Source: Gammaproteobacteria bacterium
GTDB taxonomy: Bacteria; Pseudomonadota; Gammaproteobacteria; Magnimaribacterales; D2472
DNA length: 64,000 nt
Reading direction: 5' to 3'
NCBI GenBank assembly: GCA_045563715.1
Contig: JBJLIP010000004.1
Span: forward strand, 233,450 to 297,449
Part shown: piece by piece, positions 27,576 to 37,745 of the stretch
Position numbering within the stretch: the first letter of the stretch is position 1
Layout: each line of letters opens with the position of its first letter
Translations under genes and position numbers: made by a program
The notes under the pieces: model-generated
The model's database searches: none
Told to the model about the DNA's origin: nothing
What the model saw: the letters and a program-made list of their open reading frames with translations, nothing else

Positions 27576-28427
27576 TTATTTAGAATTTGCTTCTCTTCTT
27601 GACATGAATGCAAGCCTCTCAAGGAGTTGAACATCTTGTTCATTCTTAAGCAAAGCCCCATAAAGTGGTGGTATTGCTTTTGAAGAATCCGCATTTTTAA
27701 GAATTTCATCAGGCATATCATCTGAAAGAAGTAATTTTAGCCAATCTATAAGCTCTGAAGTTGAGGGTTTCTTCTTCAAACCTGGTATCTTTCTTAAATC
27801 AAAGAAAATTTCTAAAGCTTCGTTTACTAACTTCTTTTTAATTTTTGGGTAATGGACTGAAACAATCTTATTCATAGTCTCCCTATCAGGAAACTGGATA
27901 TAATGAAAAAAACACCTTCTTAAAAAAGCATCGGGCAATTCTTTCTCATTATTAGACGTCATTATGATCAACGGTCTATACTTGGCTTTGATGGTTTCAC
28001 CTGTCTCATAACAAAAGAATTCCATTCTATCTAATTCTTGTAATAAATCATTTGGAAATTCAATGTCGGCTTTATCTATTTCATCAATTAAAAGTACAAC
28101 CTGTTTTTCAGCAGTGAATGCATCCCATAATTTACCTTTTTTAATATAGTTAGCTATATCTTTTACTCTTTCATCACCTAATTGAGAATCTCTTAATCTT
28201 GTGACAGCATCATATTCATATAAGCCCTGAGATGCTTTAGTAGTTGATTTGATATGCCACTCAATTAACTCCATGTTCAAAGCCTCTGCAACTTCAATAG
28301 CTAAAAGCGTTTTACCAGTTCCTGGCTCACCTTTAACCAATAAAGGCCTCTCAAGAGACCGTGCAGCATTTACTGCCATACTTAAATCTTCTGTTGATAT
28401 ATAGTTTTTTGTACCTTTGAATTGCAT
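27576..28427 (-). CDS. MoxR-family AAA+ ATPase (CoxD-like subgroup)
   Basis: Walker A GEPGTGKT, Walker B LLIDEIDK, sensor/arginine region DAFLRRC; 283 aa. Confidence 0.85.
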   Translation of the reverse strand: MQFKGTKNYISTEDLSMAVNAARSLERPLLVKGEPGTGKTLLAIEVAEALNMELIEWHIKSTTKASQGLYEYDAVTRLRDSQLGDERVKDIANYIKKGKLWDAFTAEKQVVLLIDEIDKADIEFPNDLLQELDRMEFFCYETGETIKAKYRPLIIMTSNNEKELPDAFLRRCFFHYIQFPDRETMNKIVSVHYPKIKKKLVNEALEIFFDLRKIPGLKKKPSTSELIDWLKLLLSDDMPDEILKNADSSKAIPPLYGALLKNEQDVQLLERLAFMSRREANSK

Positions 28428-28449
28428 TAGCTTTCCTTTTATTAAAATT

Positions 28450-29296
28450 TTAAGATAATTTCTCTTCTGACTTTAGTATTCTAGTTAGTTGACGGCTCGA
28501 AGCAACTAAATTTCCATCTAAATCCCATATATTACAATCTTGCTCAAAATACCCTTTATTGATATCAGAAGCTTTAAAATCAACATAAACCTCTGAGGTA
28601 GAGGGCAATTGCCTAATATGGGTTGTTAACGTGATTGTTGGTATCCATCCAAGCGCCCCATATTTGTTAGACACAACAGGCGGAAGAATATCTGAATAAA
28701 ACGATAAACAGAATTGATCGGGTATTCCTCCTTCCATTTCTAGAAATGCTGAGCATCTTGCTTCATTGTCTGTATTATCGCTTCCTTCTTCCCTATTCCA
28801 CCAAGCATGATCTGGATGAATTAAACATTCTAGTTGCTGAATGAATGCCGGTGTAAAACCCTTAGATATCTTGTCGTAATTCATTTTTACATAATCACTT
28901 TTATCTTTATCTTTAAATATCTTAGGTAATGGCTTTTGGAGACCGTCATATCCTTTCATAAATTCAAAATCGGAACATGTTCCAGTAAAAGTTGTGCAGA
29001 TTTTATCATCTTGTTTTAATTTGCACTATCCCTGATGAACTGCCCCTGCTTGTTTTAAAGGTATCTACCTCTAATTTAAATGGCTTTGCCTCAATTCTAT
29101 CTAAATATTGAACAGAAGAGCTTATAGCTGTTGAATGAGGTAGAACATGTGTAAGGGCTTTATGCATAATCGCCATTAAGTATCCTCCATGTGGAGTATT
29201 ACCTACAAAATAATTAGTATCTGGATTAACTAAAAATACATTGTCTTCAACATTCTCTAATTTGAGAGCAGCTTGAAATCTTTGAAATTGATTCAT
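28450..29296 (-). pseudogene. acyl-CoA thioesterase (double hotdog, TesB-like/4HBT_3) interrupted by a single frameshift
   Basis: The N-terminal ORF 29006..29296 (..TPHGGYLMAIMHKAL..SSGIVQIKTR*) continues in another frame as ..KQDDKICTTFTGTCSDFEFMKGYDG.. into ORF 28450..28959. The switch is at an A4 run (29014-29017 on +). Confidence 0.65.
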
Positions 29297-29350
29297 GATA
29301 GGATAATTTTAGTTCATAATTTATATTATTAGAAATTAATAAAGAAACAG

Positions 29351-30139
29351 ATGCATGAAATAGCTGATATAGCTTGTAACTTTACTAGTGAAAGATTTGA
29401 TAATGACCTTGATATGGTTATTGATAGAGCTATTACTAATAAAATAACTAAATTCGGTCTTATCTGTAGCCGGTTGAGTGATATAGATAAATTATTAAAA
29501 ATATATGAAAAATACTCCAAACATATGTTCTTCACAATCGGAGTTCATCCGCATCATGCAAATGAAATAAATGATCAATATTTAAAAAAACTTAAAGAGG
29601 CAGTAAATCTAAACGACCCTGATGCTATTGGTGAAACAGGATTAGATTTCTTTAGAAATCTATCTACTTATGAAGAACAAATACATGCATTTGAAGAACA
29701 AATTAAAATTGCAATTGATACAAATAAACCTCTTTTTTTACACCAGAGGGATTCGCATGATGATTTTATTAAAATTTTAAGAAAATATTCTGCTGATTTT
29801 AATAAAGCAGTTGTTCATTGTTTTACCGGAACTCAAAAACAATTAGATGATTATTTAGAATTAGATTGTTATATAGGAGTAACTGGATGGATATGTGATG
29901 AAAAAAGAAATGTCGAACTTCGCAAAACAATTAAAAATATACCTCTATCTAAATTGATGATAGAAACTGACTGCCCCTATCTGATTCCAAAAAATCTTCA
30001 AGAAAAGCCCAAAAACAATAGAAATGAGCCCTGCAACCTAAATCACATAGTTGCTGAAATTAGTGCGCTTATGGATATAGATGAAGATATTCTTAGAAAA
30101 GAAACTTTTGAAAATACTAAATCGATTTTTGGTAATTAA
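29351..30139 (+). CDS. tatD: TatD-family metal-dependent hydrolase/DNase
   Basis: GVHPHH, GETGLDF, HCFTG and ETDCPYL motifs. Confidence 0.85.
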   Translation: MHEIADIACNFTSERFDNDLDMVIDRAITNKITKFGLICSRLSDIDKLLKIYEKYSKHMFFTIGVHPHHANEINDQYLKKLKEAVNLNDPDAIGETGLDFFRNLSTYEEQIHAFEEQIKIAIDTNKPLFLHQRDSHDDFIKILRKYSADFNKAVVHCFTGTQKQLDDYLELDCYIGVTGWICDEKRNVELRKTIKNIPLSKLMIETDCPYLIPKNLQEKPKNNRNEPCNLNHIVAEISALMDIDEDILRKETFENTKSIFGN

Positions 30140-30150
30140 CTAATATATTT

Positions 30151-31251
30151 TTAGAATACATCTTTTAATAAATTAAATTCATTACAGATATCATTTAGAT
30201 CAGATCCAATTTCTTTAGCGTTATGTTTGATTTCTGGTTTGGTTTTGGAATACCTTGGTGAAGCATTGGGCTGATTAAAACCATCTATATCTGTAAAGGC
30301 TTCTCTTGAAATATTATGAGGATGTTCTTGAGCTTCTTCCATACTCAAAACAGGTGAAACACATGCATCACTTTCAGAAAATATATCAATCCATTCAGAT
30401 CTTGATTTTAATTTAATCTTTGCAGCCATTTTTTCTTTTAACTCTGGCCATATATCTTTGTTGTGTTGGTCTTTAAATTGCTCATCGTCAATTTCAAGTT
30501 TTTCTAAAAGCTCAGAGTAAAATTGAGGTTCTATAGACCCCACTGCTATAAATTTATTATCTGAGCATTTATAGGTATCGTAAAAATGTGCGGAACCATC
30601 AAGTAAGTTAGATTCTCTACTATCTTCCCAATGACCCATTTTTTTTAACGAATAAAAGAATGACATTAAAGAAAGTGAGCCATCTACCATAGCAGAATCA
30701 ACTACCTGTCCTTCACCGGTCTTAAGGGCATGAATTAGCCCAGAAACAATACCAAAGGCTAAATGCATACCGCCTCCGCCATAGTCTCCAATGAGATTTA
30801 GTGGAGGTATAGGATTGGAATCTTTTCTACCTATTGAGTTAAGAGCTCCAGAAAGACTTATATAGTTAATATCATGGCCTGCAAGTTTGGACAAAGGCCC
30901 ATCCTGACCCCAACCAGTCATTCTGCCATATACAAGTTTGGGATTTCTATTTAGACAAATATCCGGTCCAAGACCAAGTTTTTCCATGACACCTGGTCTA
31001 TATCCTTCAAAAACTACATCGACCTGATCAATTAATTTTAGTATTTCATTGACTGTATCCTTATCTTTTAGATCAGCTGTTATTGTGCGTTTGGATCTGT
31101 TGTGAATGTCATATTTATTTTCAAGCCCTTCATTACCTTTTCTACTAAGTCTTATTACATCAGCACCCATGTCTGCTAAAAGCATTCCACAGTAAGGACC
31201 TGGCCCAATACCTGAAAACTCTAATACTTTTATATTTTTTAATGGTCCCAT
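30151..31251 (-). CDS. family III CoA-transferase (CaiB/BaiF; alpha-methylacyl-CoA racemase-like)
   Basis: GPLKNIKVLEFSGIGPGPYCGMLLADMGADVIR, GYRPGVMEKLGLG and GWGQDGP motifs. Confidence 0.8.
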   Translation of the reverse strand: MGPLKNIKVLEFSGIGPGPYCGMLLADMGADVIRLSRKGNEGLENKYDIHNRSKRTITADLKDKDTVNEILKLIDQVDVVFEGYRPGVMEKLGLGPDICLNRNPKLVYGRMTGWGQDGPLSKLAGHDINYISLSGALNSIGRKDSNPIPPLNLIGDYGGGGMHLAFGIVSGLIHALKTGEGQVVDSAMVDGSLSLMSFFYSLKKMGHWEDSRESNLLDGSAHFYDTYKCSDNKFIAVGSIEPQFYSELLEKLEIDDEQFKDQHNKDIWPELKEKMAAKIKLKSRSEWIDIFSESDACVSPVLSMEEAQEHPHNISREAFTDIDGFNQPNASPRYSKTKPEIKHNAKEIGSDLNDICNEFNLLKDVF

Positions 31252-31260
31252 GTATTAATA

Positions 31261-33726
31261 CTATTCAAAAACTTTATATTTTACTAATAGATTTGGTAAT
31301 AAAGTTAATGAACATATGAAAGCTAGCATCATAGCAATCGATGTGAAAACTCCAAATAATACTGTTGGGAAGAAGTTTGATAAAGATAAGATACAGAATC
31401 CTGCAGCAATTGTTGATGCTGTGTAAAAGATTGCTCTTCCAGTAGTGCTATGTGCATTTTTTAGAGCTATATCAGATCCATTTTTCTTTAATTCTTTTTT
31501 ATACCTGTAAATATAATGAATAGTATTATCAACAGCCATTCCAACACTAATTGCTGCAACGGTTATTGTCATAATATCTAATGGTATGTTCAATAAACCA
31601 AGTAATCCCATAACAGAGGATGCTACAAATATATTTGGCACTAAACCAATTATCATTACTTTGAAAGATCTAAATATTAAAAATAACATTGCAGAAATTA
31701 CTGCAAAAACAATCAACAAAGATCCAATTTGAGACTGAAATAAGGATTGAAGCATATTATTATATAAAACTGCTAATCCGGTAATTTCATACTCAGATTC
31801 TTTTAAATTGAATTCATTCTTAAGATCATGATTAATTTTATCTAGTAAATCTTTTCTATTGAGACTTGTTGAGGATTCATTTACCCGTGTAGATATTCGA
31901 ACAACTGAATCATCTTTATTTATATATGAATACAATAGTGATTCTCTAATATCTTCTGGAAGTACAGATCTTAAAAGAGCAAGCTCTAAATCATTTAAAT
32001 CTTCTCCATCATTTATCTGTCTTGCAAGTTTTACTCCGCTTGCAACACTTAAAACCTTACCAATTTCGGGGATAGAATCTAAGTAGTCATGAATATCTTC
32101 AAGTTTATTTAATGAGTAGATGTTCCACCAATATCCAGCAGCAGAGCTGTTTTCATCCTCAAATAGATCATCATCAAAAAAATCATCTTCAATTTTTATA
32201 GATTCAAAATTGTCTTCTGGTTGGGAGATAATAATATCAAGAGTTGCGGTTCCACCAAGCTTAGAATCAATTTCATACATTCCTTTATAAATTTCAGTAT
32301 TTTTATCAAAGTAATCAATGAATCTATTTTCTACTTGTAATTTTGAGATACCAAAACATAAAGTTATAAAAATGACTAAATATGACGATGCTACGAAAGT
32401 TCTATTTTTTTGTGAAAAAGATAATAAAGAGCGAGTAACTTTATAGATTGAGAGAAAGTCCTTTGTTTTAGGTTTATAAATTAAATATAAAATGCATGGT
32501 AGAAAAGTAAAAGTGAGAATAAAAGCAATAGAAATTCCAAATGCCATCATTTTTCCAAATTCAATAACTGGTTTTAATTCACCAAAAGTTAAAGACAAAA
32601 AAGCAACAGCTGTTGTAAGAGCTGCAAAGAAACAAGGCGCAAACATTTGATCATAACCTTTTACAATCGCAGTTCTGAAATCTGTATCCTTTTTAATTTC
32701 ATTAATTTTAACTAACAGATGAACTGTTAAAGATATTGTTAATATAAGAAGAAGTGCAATAAAATTTGAAGACACTACACTAATTTTCCAATCCATATAT
32801 CCCAAAAATCCAGCTGTTATGAATGTTGCTAAAAATGCATTCATTAATGGAAGAACAACCAGCCATATTGATCCAAAAAATAAATATAGCATCAATGCAA
32901 ATATCAAAGCGACTGCCGTGCCAAACACCATCAAATCAGCCTCTATATAATCCATCATGTCCGTGGCTATCATTGAAGGGCCACCAAGATAAATTGTTGC
33001 ATCCTCTTTATATTTGTCTAATGTATTTCTAATATTGGTAATTAATATTTTATTAAAATCTGATTCTTGATTGTTGATTTCACTGATTCTTGTGTTGATG
33101 TTAGTAAGATTATTTTGAAGATCAAGTTTGTTTTTACTGGTTAGTGGTTCTTTTGAATCTAGACTTTCAAGAATGTCATATCTTTCTTTTATAAGTTCAT
33201 CGTATTCATTATTACCTCTCAAAACTACTTGCATAGCAGTGGTCTTACCATCCTTACTAATAATTAATTCTTTATAAATGGGGTTATTAACTATTTCATC
33301 TTTTGCAAGTTCTAAATTGATATTTTCGTCTGTTAAGTTCTTAAGATTATCTGCAACCTGAGATAAGCCAACTCTAGGTTGAAAAAAAATAGGAGCATCT
33401 AATAGAGACAGCACAGAATCAACGCCGTCTATATTTTTAAGATCATTTTCTAGGTTCGCAATTCTATTAATAGAATAATCAGAAAACAACTCTTTATTGG
33501 GTTCATAAGTCACTATTAAGAAACTTGAATCACCAAACTCATCTTCAGCTTCCCTGTAGGCCTTTAATGACTCATCATTTTCAAGAACAAGAGCATCTGA
33601 TGATGCATCTAATTTAAAGTTACTTAAACCTAACCCTGAAATTAAAGATATCAAGCCAACAAACAATAAAATTAATAAATATTTATCAATTAGAAAGGAT
33701 GCGATATTTTTTATGTCAACTCTCAT
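31261..33726 (-). CDS. MMPL/RND-superfamily exporter
   Basis: 821 aa in a 2 x (large periplasmic loop + 5-6 TM) arrangement, with SSD-like TM bundles. Confidence 0.75.
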   Translation of the reverse strand: MRVDIKNIASFLIDKYLLILLFVGLISLISGLGLSNFKLDASSDALVLENDESLKAYREAEDEFGDSSFLIVTYEPNKELFSDYSINRIANLENDLKNIDGVDSVLSLLDAPIFFQPRVGLSQVADNLKNLTDENINLELAKDEIVNNPIYKELIISKDGKTTAMQVVLRGNNEYDELIKERYDILESLDSKEPLTSKNKLDLQNNLTNINTRISEINNQESDFNKILITNIRNTLDKYKEDATIYLGGPSMIATDMMDYIEADLMVFGTAVALIFALMLYLFFGSIWLVVLPLMNAFLATFITAGFLGYMDWKISVVSSNFIALLLILTISLTVHLLVKINEIKKDTDFRTAIVKGYDQMFAPCFFAALTTAVAFLSLTFGELKPVIEFGKMMAFGISIAFILTFTFLPCILYLIYKPKTKDFLSIYKVTRSLLSFSQKNRTFVASSYLVIFITLCFGISKLQVENRFIDYFDKNTEIYKGMYEIDSKLGGTATLDIIISQPEDNFESIKIEDDFFDDDLFEDENSSAAGYWWNIYSLNKLEDIHDYLDSIPEIGKVLSVASGVKLARQINDGEDLNDLELALLRSVLPEDIRESLLYSYINKDDSVVRISTRVNESSTSLNRKDLLDKINHDLKNEFNLKESEYEITGLAVLYNNMLQSLFQSQIGSLLIVFAVISAMLFLIFRSFKVMIIGLVPNIFVASSVMGLLGLLNIPLDIMTITVAAISVGMAVDNTIHYIYRYKKELKKNGSDIALKNAHSTTGRAIFYTASTIAAGFCILSLSNFFPTVLFGVFTSIAMMLAFICSLTLLPNLLVKYKVFE

Positions 33727-34030
33727 TCTTTTTATTTACACAATTCGGTGAATCAATTACTTGTGGATTAATTTTGTATTCGTCTTCATTGAAAGCATGA
33801 ATAGATAATGCGTGAATAGAGTCCATAATGCTAGTAAGAGCTTTATAAACAGATTTATGTCGTTGTATATTTTTAATATCTTTAAAATTATCACTTACTA
33901 TTACAACTTTGAAATGACTTTCAGATCCGTCTGGAACATTATGCATATTACTCTCATTAATGACTGATAGCATGGATGGGTCAAAGCTATCTATTAATAA
34001 ATCTTTAATGGTATTTTTTATCGTTTCCAT
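33716..34030 (-). CDS. bolA: BolA-family protein
   Basis: SHFKVVIVSDNF....RHKSVYKAL....IHALSIHAF pattern. Confidence 0.8.
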   Translation of the reverse strand: METIKNTIKDLLIDSFDPSMLSVINESNMHNVPDGSESHFKVVIVSDNFKDIKNIQRHKSVYKALTSIMDSIHALSIHAFNEDEYKINPQVIDSPNCVNKKNES

Positions 34031-34053
34031 TATGTTGTATTAAATATTAACTC

Positions 34054-34494
34054 TTATGGTCTTTTCATTAATTTGTTATATAAAAAAGCAAAAATAACAA
34101 TAAATAAAGCACCTATTGCAACTGGCATTATAACGAAATCGAAAGTTTCTTCCGCCATAATTGCTATTACAGGGTTTGCTCCAGCGGGTGGATGAATTGT
34201 GTTTGTAACGATCATGAGCAATATTGCTAACGATAAACCCAAAGCGTATGATAATGATGACTCTCCAAATAAATAAAACACCAATACCCCAGAAGATGCA
34301 GATAAAATGTGACCAAAAAATACATTTCTAGGTTTTGCTAATGGGCTGTCATGAACGGCCATAACCAAAACCAAGCTAGCCCCAAATGGAGGTATTAGCC
34401 ATACATTTGTTTCATCTAGGGTATTTAAGTATGCAATTGAAAGCATGCATAAGAAGGCCCCAAAACAAGAAATTAATATATTTTTATAATTCAT
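34054..34494 (-). CDS. HPP-family membrane protein
   Basis: 146 aa, 4 TM, with the eponymous HPPAGA motif. Confidence 0.8.
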   Translation of the reverse strand: MNYKNILISCFGAFLCMLSIAYLNTLDETNVWLIPPFGASLVLVMAVHDSPLAKPRNVFFGHILSASSGVLVFYLFGESSLSYALGLSLAILLMIVTNTIHPPAGANPVIAIMAEETFDFVIMPVAIGALFIVIFAFLYNKLMKRP

Positions 34495-34531
34495 CTATCT
34501 AGATTAACCTTTTTTTATGTTTTTATAAATT

Positions 34532-34723
34532 TTAACCATCAAGAATGGGGGATTGATTTATAGTACGAATTGCTGAAATGACCTTTTCCCATTTGACCCA
34601 CTCTTCATTATTAAATTCTGCAGCGTATTCTGCTGCTCTCAACATTGCCACAGTTTCAGCATCATCACCATATTGAGTAAGCAATGTATTTGCTATGGAA
34701 CTAATTAAATTTTTTTCATTCAT
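34532..34723 (-). CDS. hypothetical small protein (63 aa from internal Met; the ORF track extends to 34825)
   Basis: MNEKNLISSIANTLLTQYGDDAETVAMLRAAEYAAEFNNEEWVKWEKV.. The longer form would overlap the divergent ELM1-family gene start. Confidence 0.35.
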   Translation of the reverse strand: MNEKNLISSIANTLLTQYGDDAETVAMLRAAEYAAEFNNEEWVKWEKVISAIRTINQSPILDG

Positions 34724-34786
34724 ATATCTAATATTAAGAACTTTATCCCATGTATAATTCTTTGTATATAAAATGATTTGTAAGAC

Positions 34787-35701
34787 ATGAATATACTTTG
34801 GATCAAAGATAATAATATGGGGCATGAGAAACAGGTTAAAGTATTACTTGATGAATTATCTAAAAATAATGCCCTAAATATTGATGAGAGATCAATAAAA
34901 GGATCATTGCCCCTATTTAGACACATAGATGAGGTTAGCAAAAGGTATTACGATGTTATTATTGGTGCAGGACATAAAACATATCCTTTTTTAGTTAATA
35001 TCAAGAAATATCAAAAAAAATATACAAAAAATATAGCGATACTAACTCCTACATTCAAAAAATCAGATTTTGATATTATTTGTGCGCCATATCACGATAA
35101 ACCTAAATTAAAAGAGTTAAACAATGTAATATTTTTTGAAGGCTCTTTAGCGAAGGTCTCGCAAACTGAACCTGATCAAAATATCATTATGGTAGCCATT
35201 GGAGGCAAGAATAAACATTTTGAATTTAATGATAATCATATACTTGCTCAAATAAATTATTTTCTATCACTTCATCCTAATCAAAACTTCTATATTTTTA
35301 ATTCTAGAAGAACCCCTGCTTCAATGAACGAAAAATTAGAAGCATTTCAAGCTAAGTACAAAAATACAACTTATTGTGATTTTCAAAACCAAAACAGCTC
35401 ATATGAAGAAATTCTACACAAATCTTCATCAAGACTTATAACTAGAGATAGTATCAATATGATTTATGAAAGTCTTTCATGCAAAGGTAATTCATATTTA
35501 ATAGATATGAAGAATAAAAAAAATAATAACAAGGTAGTTAATGCTGTTAATGAATTAATTTCTAATAAAAAAATTGGTTACGTTGATTGTGGTGAGGTTG
35601 TTAAAGGGATGTCTAAAATGCAATTAAACAAACAAAATATTTATAACGAAGTATATGCAGAAGTTGAAAAAGTAGCATATCAATTAAATAAATTGCTATG
35701 A
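34787..35701 (+). CDS. ELM1/DUF1022-family putative glycosyltransferase
   Basis: N-terminal ILWIKDNNMGHEKQVKVLLDEL resembles the family's IWxLxDxKxGHxNQxxGLxEAL; 304 aa. Confidence 0.6.
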   Translation: MNILWIKDNNMGHEKQVKVLLDELSKNNALNIDERSIKGSLPLFRHIDEVSKRYYDVIIGAGHKTYPFLVNIKKYQKKYTKNIAILTPTFKKSDFDIICAPYHDKPKLKELNNVIFFEGSLAKVSQTEPDQNIIMVAIGGKNKHFEFNDNHILAQINYFLSLHPNQNFYIFNSRRTPASMNEKLEAFQAKYKNTTYCDFQNQNSSYEEILHKSSSRLITRDSINMIYESLSCKGNSYLIDMKNKKNNNKVVNAVNELISNKKIGYVDCGEVVKGMSKMQLNKQNIYNEVYAEVEKVAYQLNKLL

Positions 35702-36669
35702 AAATAGTTCATCTGGTATTAAGTAATAGTTTTGCTGGGATAGAGCAACATGTAAATGAGCTGCTAGCTAGCAACCTTTTAGAGAACCCAATACTTATAT
35801 GTAATGAATCTATTGCTGATAATTTTGATAAACATATTTCTATTTATAAAATAAAGAATATTGGTAGGCGTTCCATAATTGGAAAATTTAAACTTAGTCA
35901 ATTATTAGCAAAAATTAATCCAGATATTGTTCATACTCATGGCAGCAAAACAACTACTATTATTGCCTCAATAAATAAAAATAAATACAAGCATGTAGCA
36001 ACAGTTCATGGGGTAAAGAAAAATAAAAAAGTCTATGAGAAAGCCGACTTTGTAATTGGAGTCAGCCAAAATGCTGTAGAAGGGATTGATAACAACTTAA
36101 GAATTATTACTAATTGGTGGTATCCAGAACTAACAAAACCACAAACAAGAAATAAAAAATATGCATTAGCAATCGGTAGACTGGAAAAAATAAAAGGTTT
36201 TGACTTATTGATATCATCATGGATTAACATTAAATCTGATTTAATTATTGTTGGTTCAGGTAAAGAAAAGGGAAATCTTGTAAATCTAATTAACGAAAAG
36301 AATCTATCCAATAAAATAACTATTATCGATGATGTAAATAGAAACGAACTCGCTAAATATTACAATAATGCATCCGTATTAATTGTTTCATCAAGAGATG
36401 AAGGTGGCCCAAGAGTTGCATTAGAAGCTCTTTATTTAGAAGTACCTGTTTTATCTACTAACGTTGGTCATATGAGCTTAATTCTTCCAAAGGAACTTTT
36501 AGCAGAGAAAAATAATCATAAGTCACTTCAAGACCTCCTTGAAACCTATGTAGATGATATTGATTTATTAAATCAAGATGCTATTTTTAAATTTATAACA
36601 AATGAATTTTCAATAGAAGAAAAGATATCTCAAATAAAAGAGGTTTATATCTTTTTACTTAATAATTGA
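35698..36669 (+). CDS. glycosyltransferase family 4
   Basis: N-terminal FAGIEQHV, C-terminal GT1 domain with SSRDEGGPRVALEAL (E-x7-E region). Confidence 0.75.
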   Translation: MKIVHLVLSNSFAGIEQHVNELLASNLLENPILICNESIADNFDKHISIYKIKNIGRRSIIGKFKLSQLLAKINPDIVHTHGSKTTTIIASINKNKYKHVATVHGVKKNKKVYEKADFVIGVSQNAVEGIDNNLRIITNWWYPELTKPQTRNKKYALAIGRLEKIKGFDLLISSWINIKSDLIIVGSGKEKGNLVNLINEKNLSNKITIIDDVNRNELAKYYNNASVLIVSSRDEGGPRVALEALYLEVPVLSTNVGHMSLILPKELLAEKNNHKSLQDLLETYVDDIDLLNQDAIFKFITNEFSIEEKISQIKEVYIFLLNN

Positions 36670-37745
36670 TTGTATAAATCAATAGTTTCTTTAATCATTC
36701 TATCGGATGTAAAAGTATTATCCTCTGGTTTGCGATGACTTTTTTTGGATAGTTTTAAAACTTTTTCTTTAAGGAAATCGATATTATTTAATTCCACTAA
36801 ACCTTCAGGAAAAAGTTCTTCAAGAATTTCTTTGGTTCCACCATGATTCCAACCAATTACCTTTGTGCCGCAACTAATTGCCTCAATTGTGGTTCTTCCA
36901 AAAGGCTCTGGTTTGATTGATAAATTGAATACAATGTCAGAAATCTTGTAGATATTTACAATATCTTTTCTTGAACCTGTGAATGTTATTTTTTCAGTAA
37001 TACCGAGATCTTCTACCTTCTTTATTAGAGTATTAAAATATTTTTCTTTTGAAGAGGAAGTCGGACCAACAACAAGTCCATGAAATTTTATACCATCAAG
37101 TTTTGATAATAATTCAACAAATCCATCAACCCCTTTCCATTTAGAAATTCTAGTTGGAAGTGTAAGTACTACTTTATTCTTGGTTTGCGGGTATTCCCTA
37201 AACCATTTTTCGATCCACTCTCCATCTAACTCATCTTTATTAAAAAGCTTAATGTCACATCCTCTAGGAATAGTAGTTATTTTATCTTCAGAAATATTAT
37301 ATGTTTCAATAATATACTTTTTAACAGTCTTCGAGATTGCAATCATATGATCAACTTTGGACATAACCCTGCTATAGATAGGTGTACTATAAAGCCCATG
37401 AAAAGTGGATATTAAAAGCGGTTTAAAGTTTAATTTTTTAAATGCATGATAATTTATCCAAGCTGGCATTCTAGATCTGATATGGATGACATCAGGTTTC
37501 TCTTGATCATAGATTGATTTTAATTTTTTTGATAAAAGTAAGGAAAATATACTTTTTTTATGAATGGGTAAATTTATGTGCTTTCCACCATGTTCAATAA
37601 TATCTTTCTCATAAATACCTCCATTGGAAATCACTATTGATTCATGGCCATTTTCAACCAATGCTTTAGAGAAATCAGTAGTGCCTCTTTCTACTCCTCC
37701 TACATTTAGCTCAGGTAAAAGTTGAATTACTTTTAGTTTATTCAT
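36645..37745 (-). CDS. glycosyltransferase family 4
   Basis: LPELNVGGVERGT N-terminus and EPFGRTTIEAISCGTKVIG E-x7-E region. Confidence 0.8.
   Translation of the reverse strand: MNKLKVIQLLPELNVGGVERGTTDFSKALVENGHESIVISNGGIYEKDIIEHGGKHINLPIHKKSIFSLLLSKKLKSIYDQEKPDVIHIRSRMPAWINYHAFKKLNFKPLLISTFHGLYSTPIYSRVMSKVDHMIAISKTVKKYIIETYNISEDKITTIPRGCDIKLFNKDELDGEWIEKWFREYPQTKNKVVLTLPTRISKWKGVDGFVELLSKLDGIKFHGLVVGPTSSSKEKYFNTLIKKVEDLGITEKITFTGSRKDIVNIYKISDIVFNLSIKPEPFGRTTIEAISCGTKVIGWNHGGTKEILEELFPEGLVELNNIDFLKEKVLKLSKKSHRKPEDNTFTSDRMIKETIDLYNQLLSKKI

Noticed and set aside
29329-29535. 68-aa minus-strand ORF overlapping the tatD 5' end
   Set aside because: It overlaps a well-supported TatD frame, and its product is low-complexity hydrophobic sequence.
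34720-34941. 73-aa minus-strand ORF, plus the long (97-aa) form of ORF 34532-34825
   Set aside because: Both would run across the start of the ELM1-family gene. The internal Met at 34723 gives a plausible divergent arrangement with a 63-bp promoter gap.
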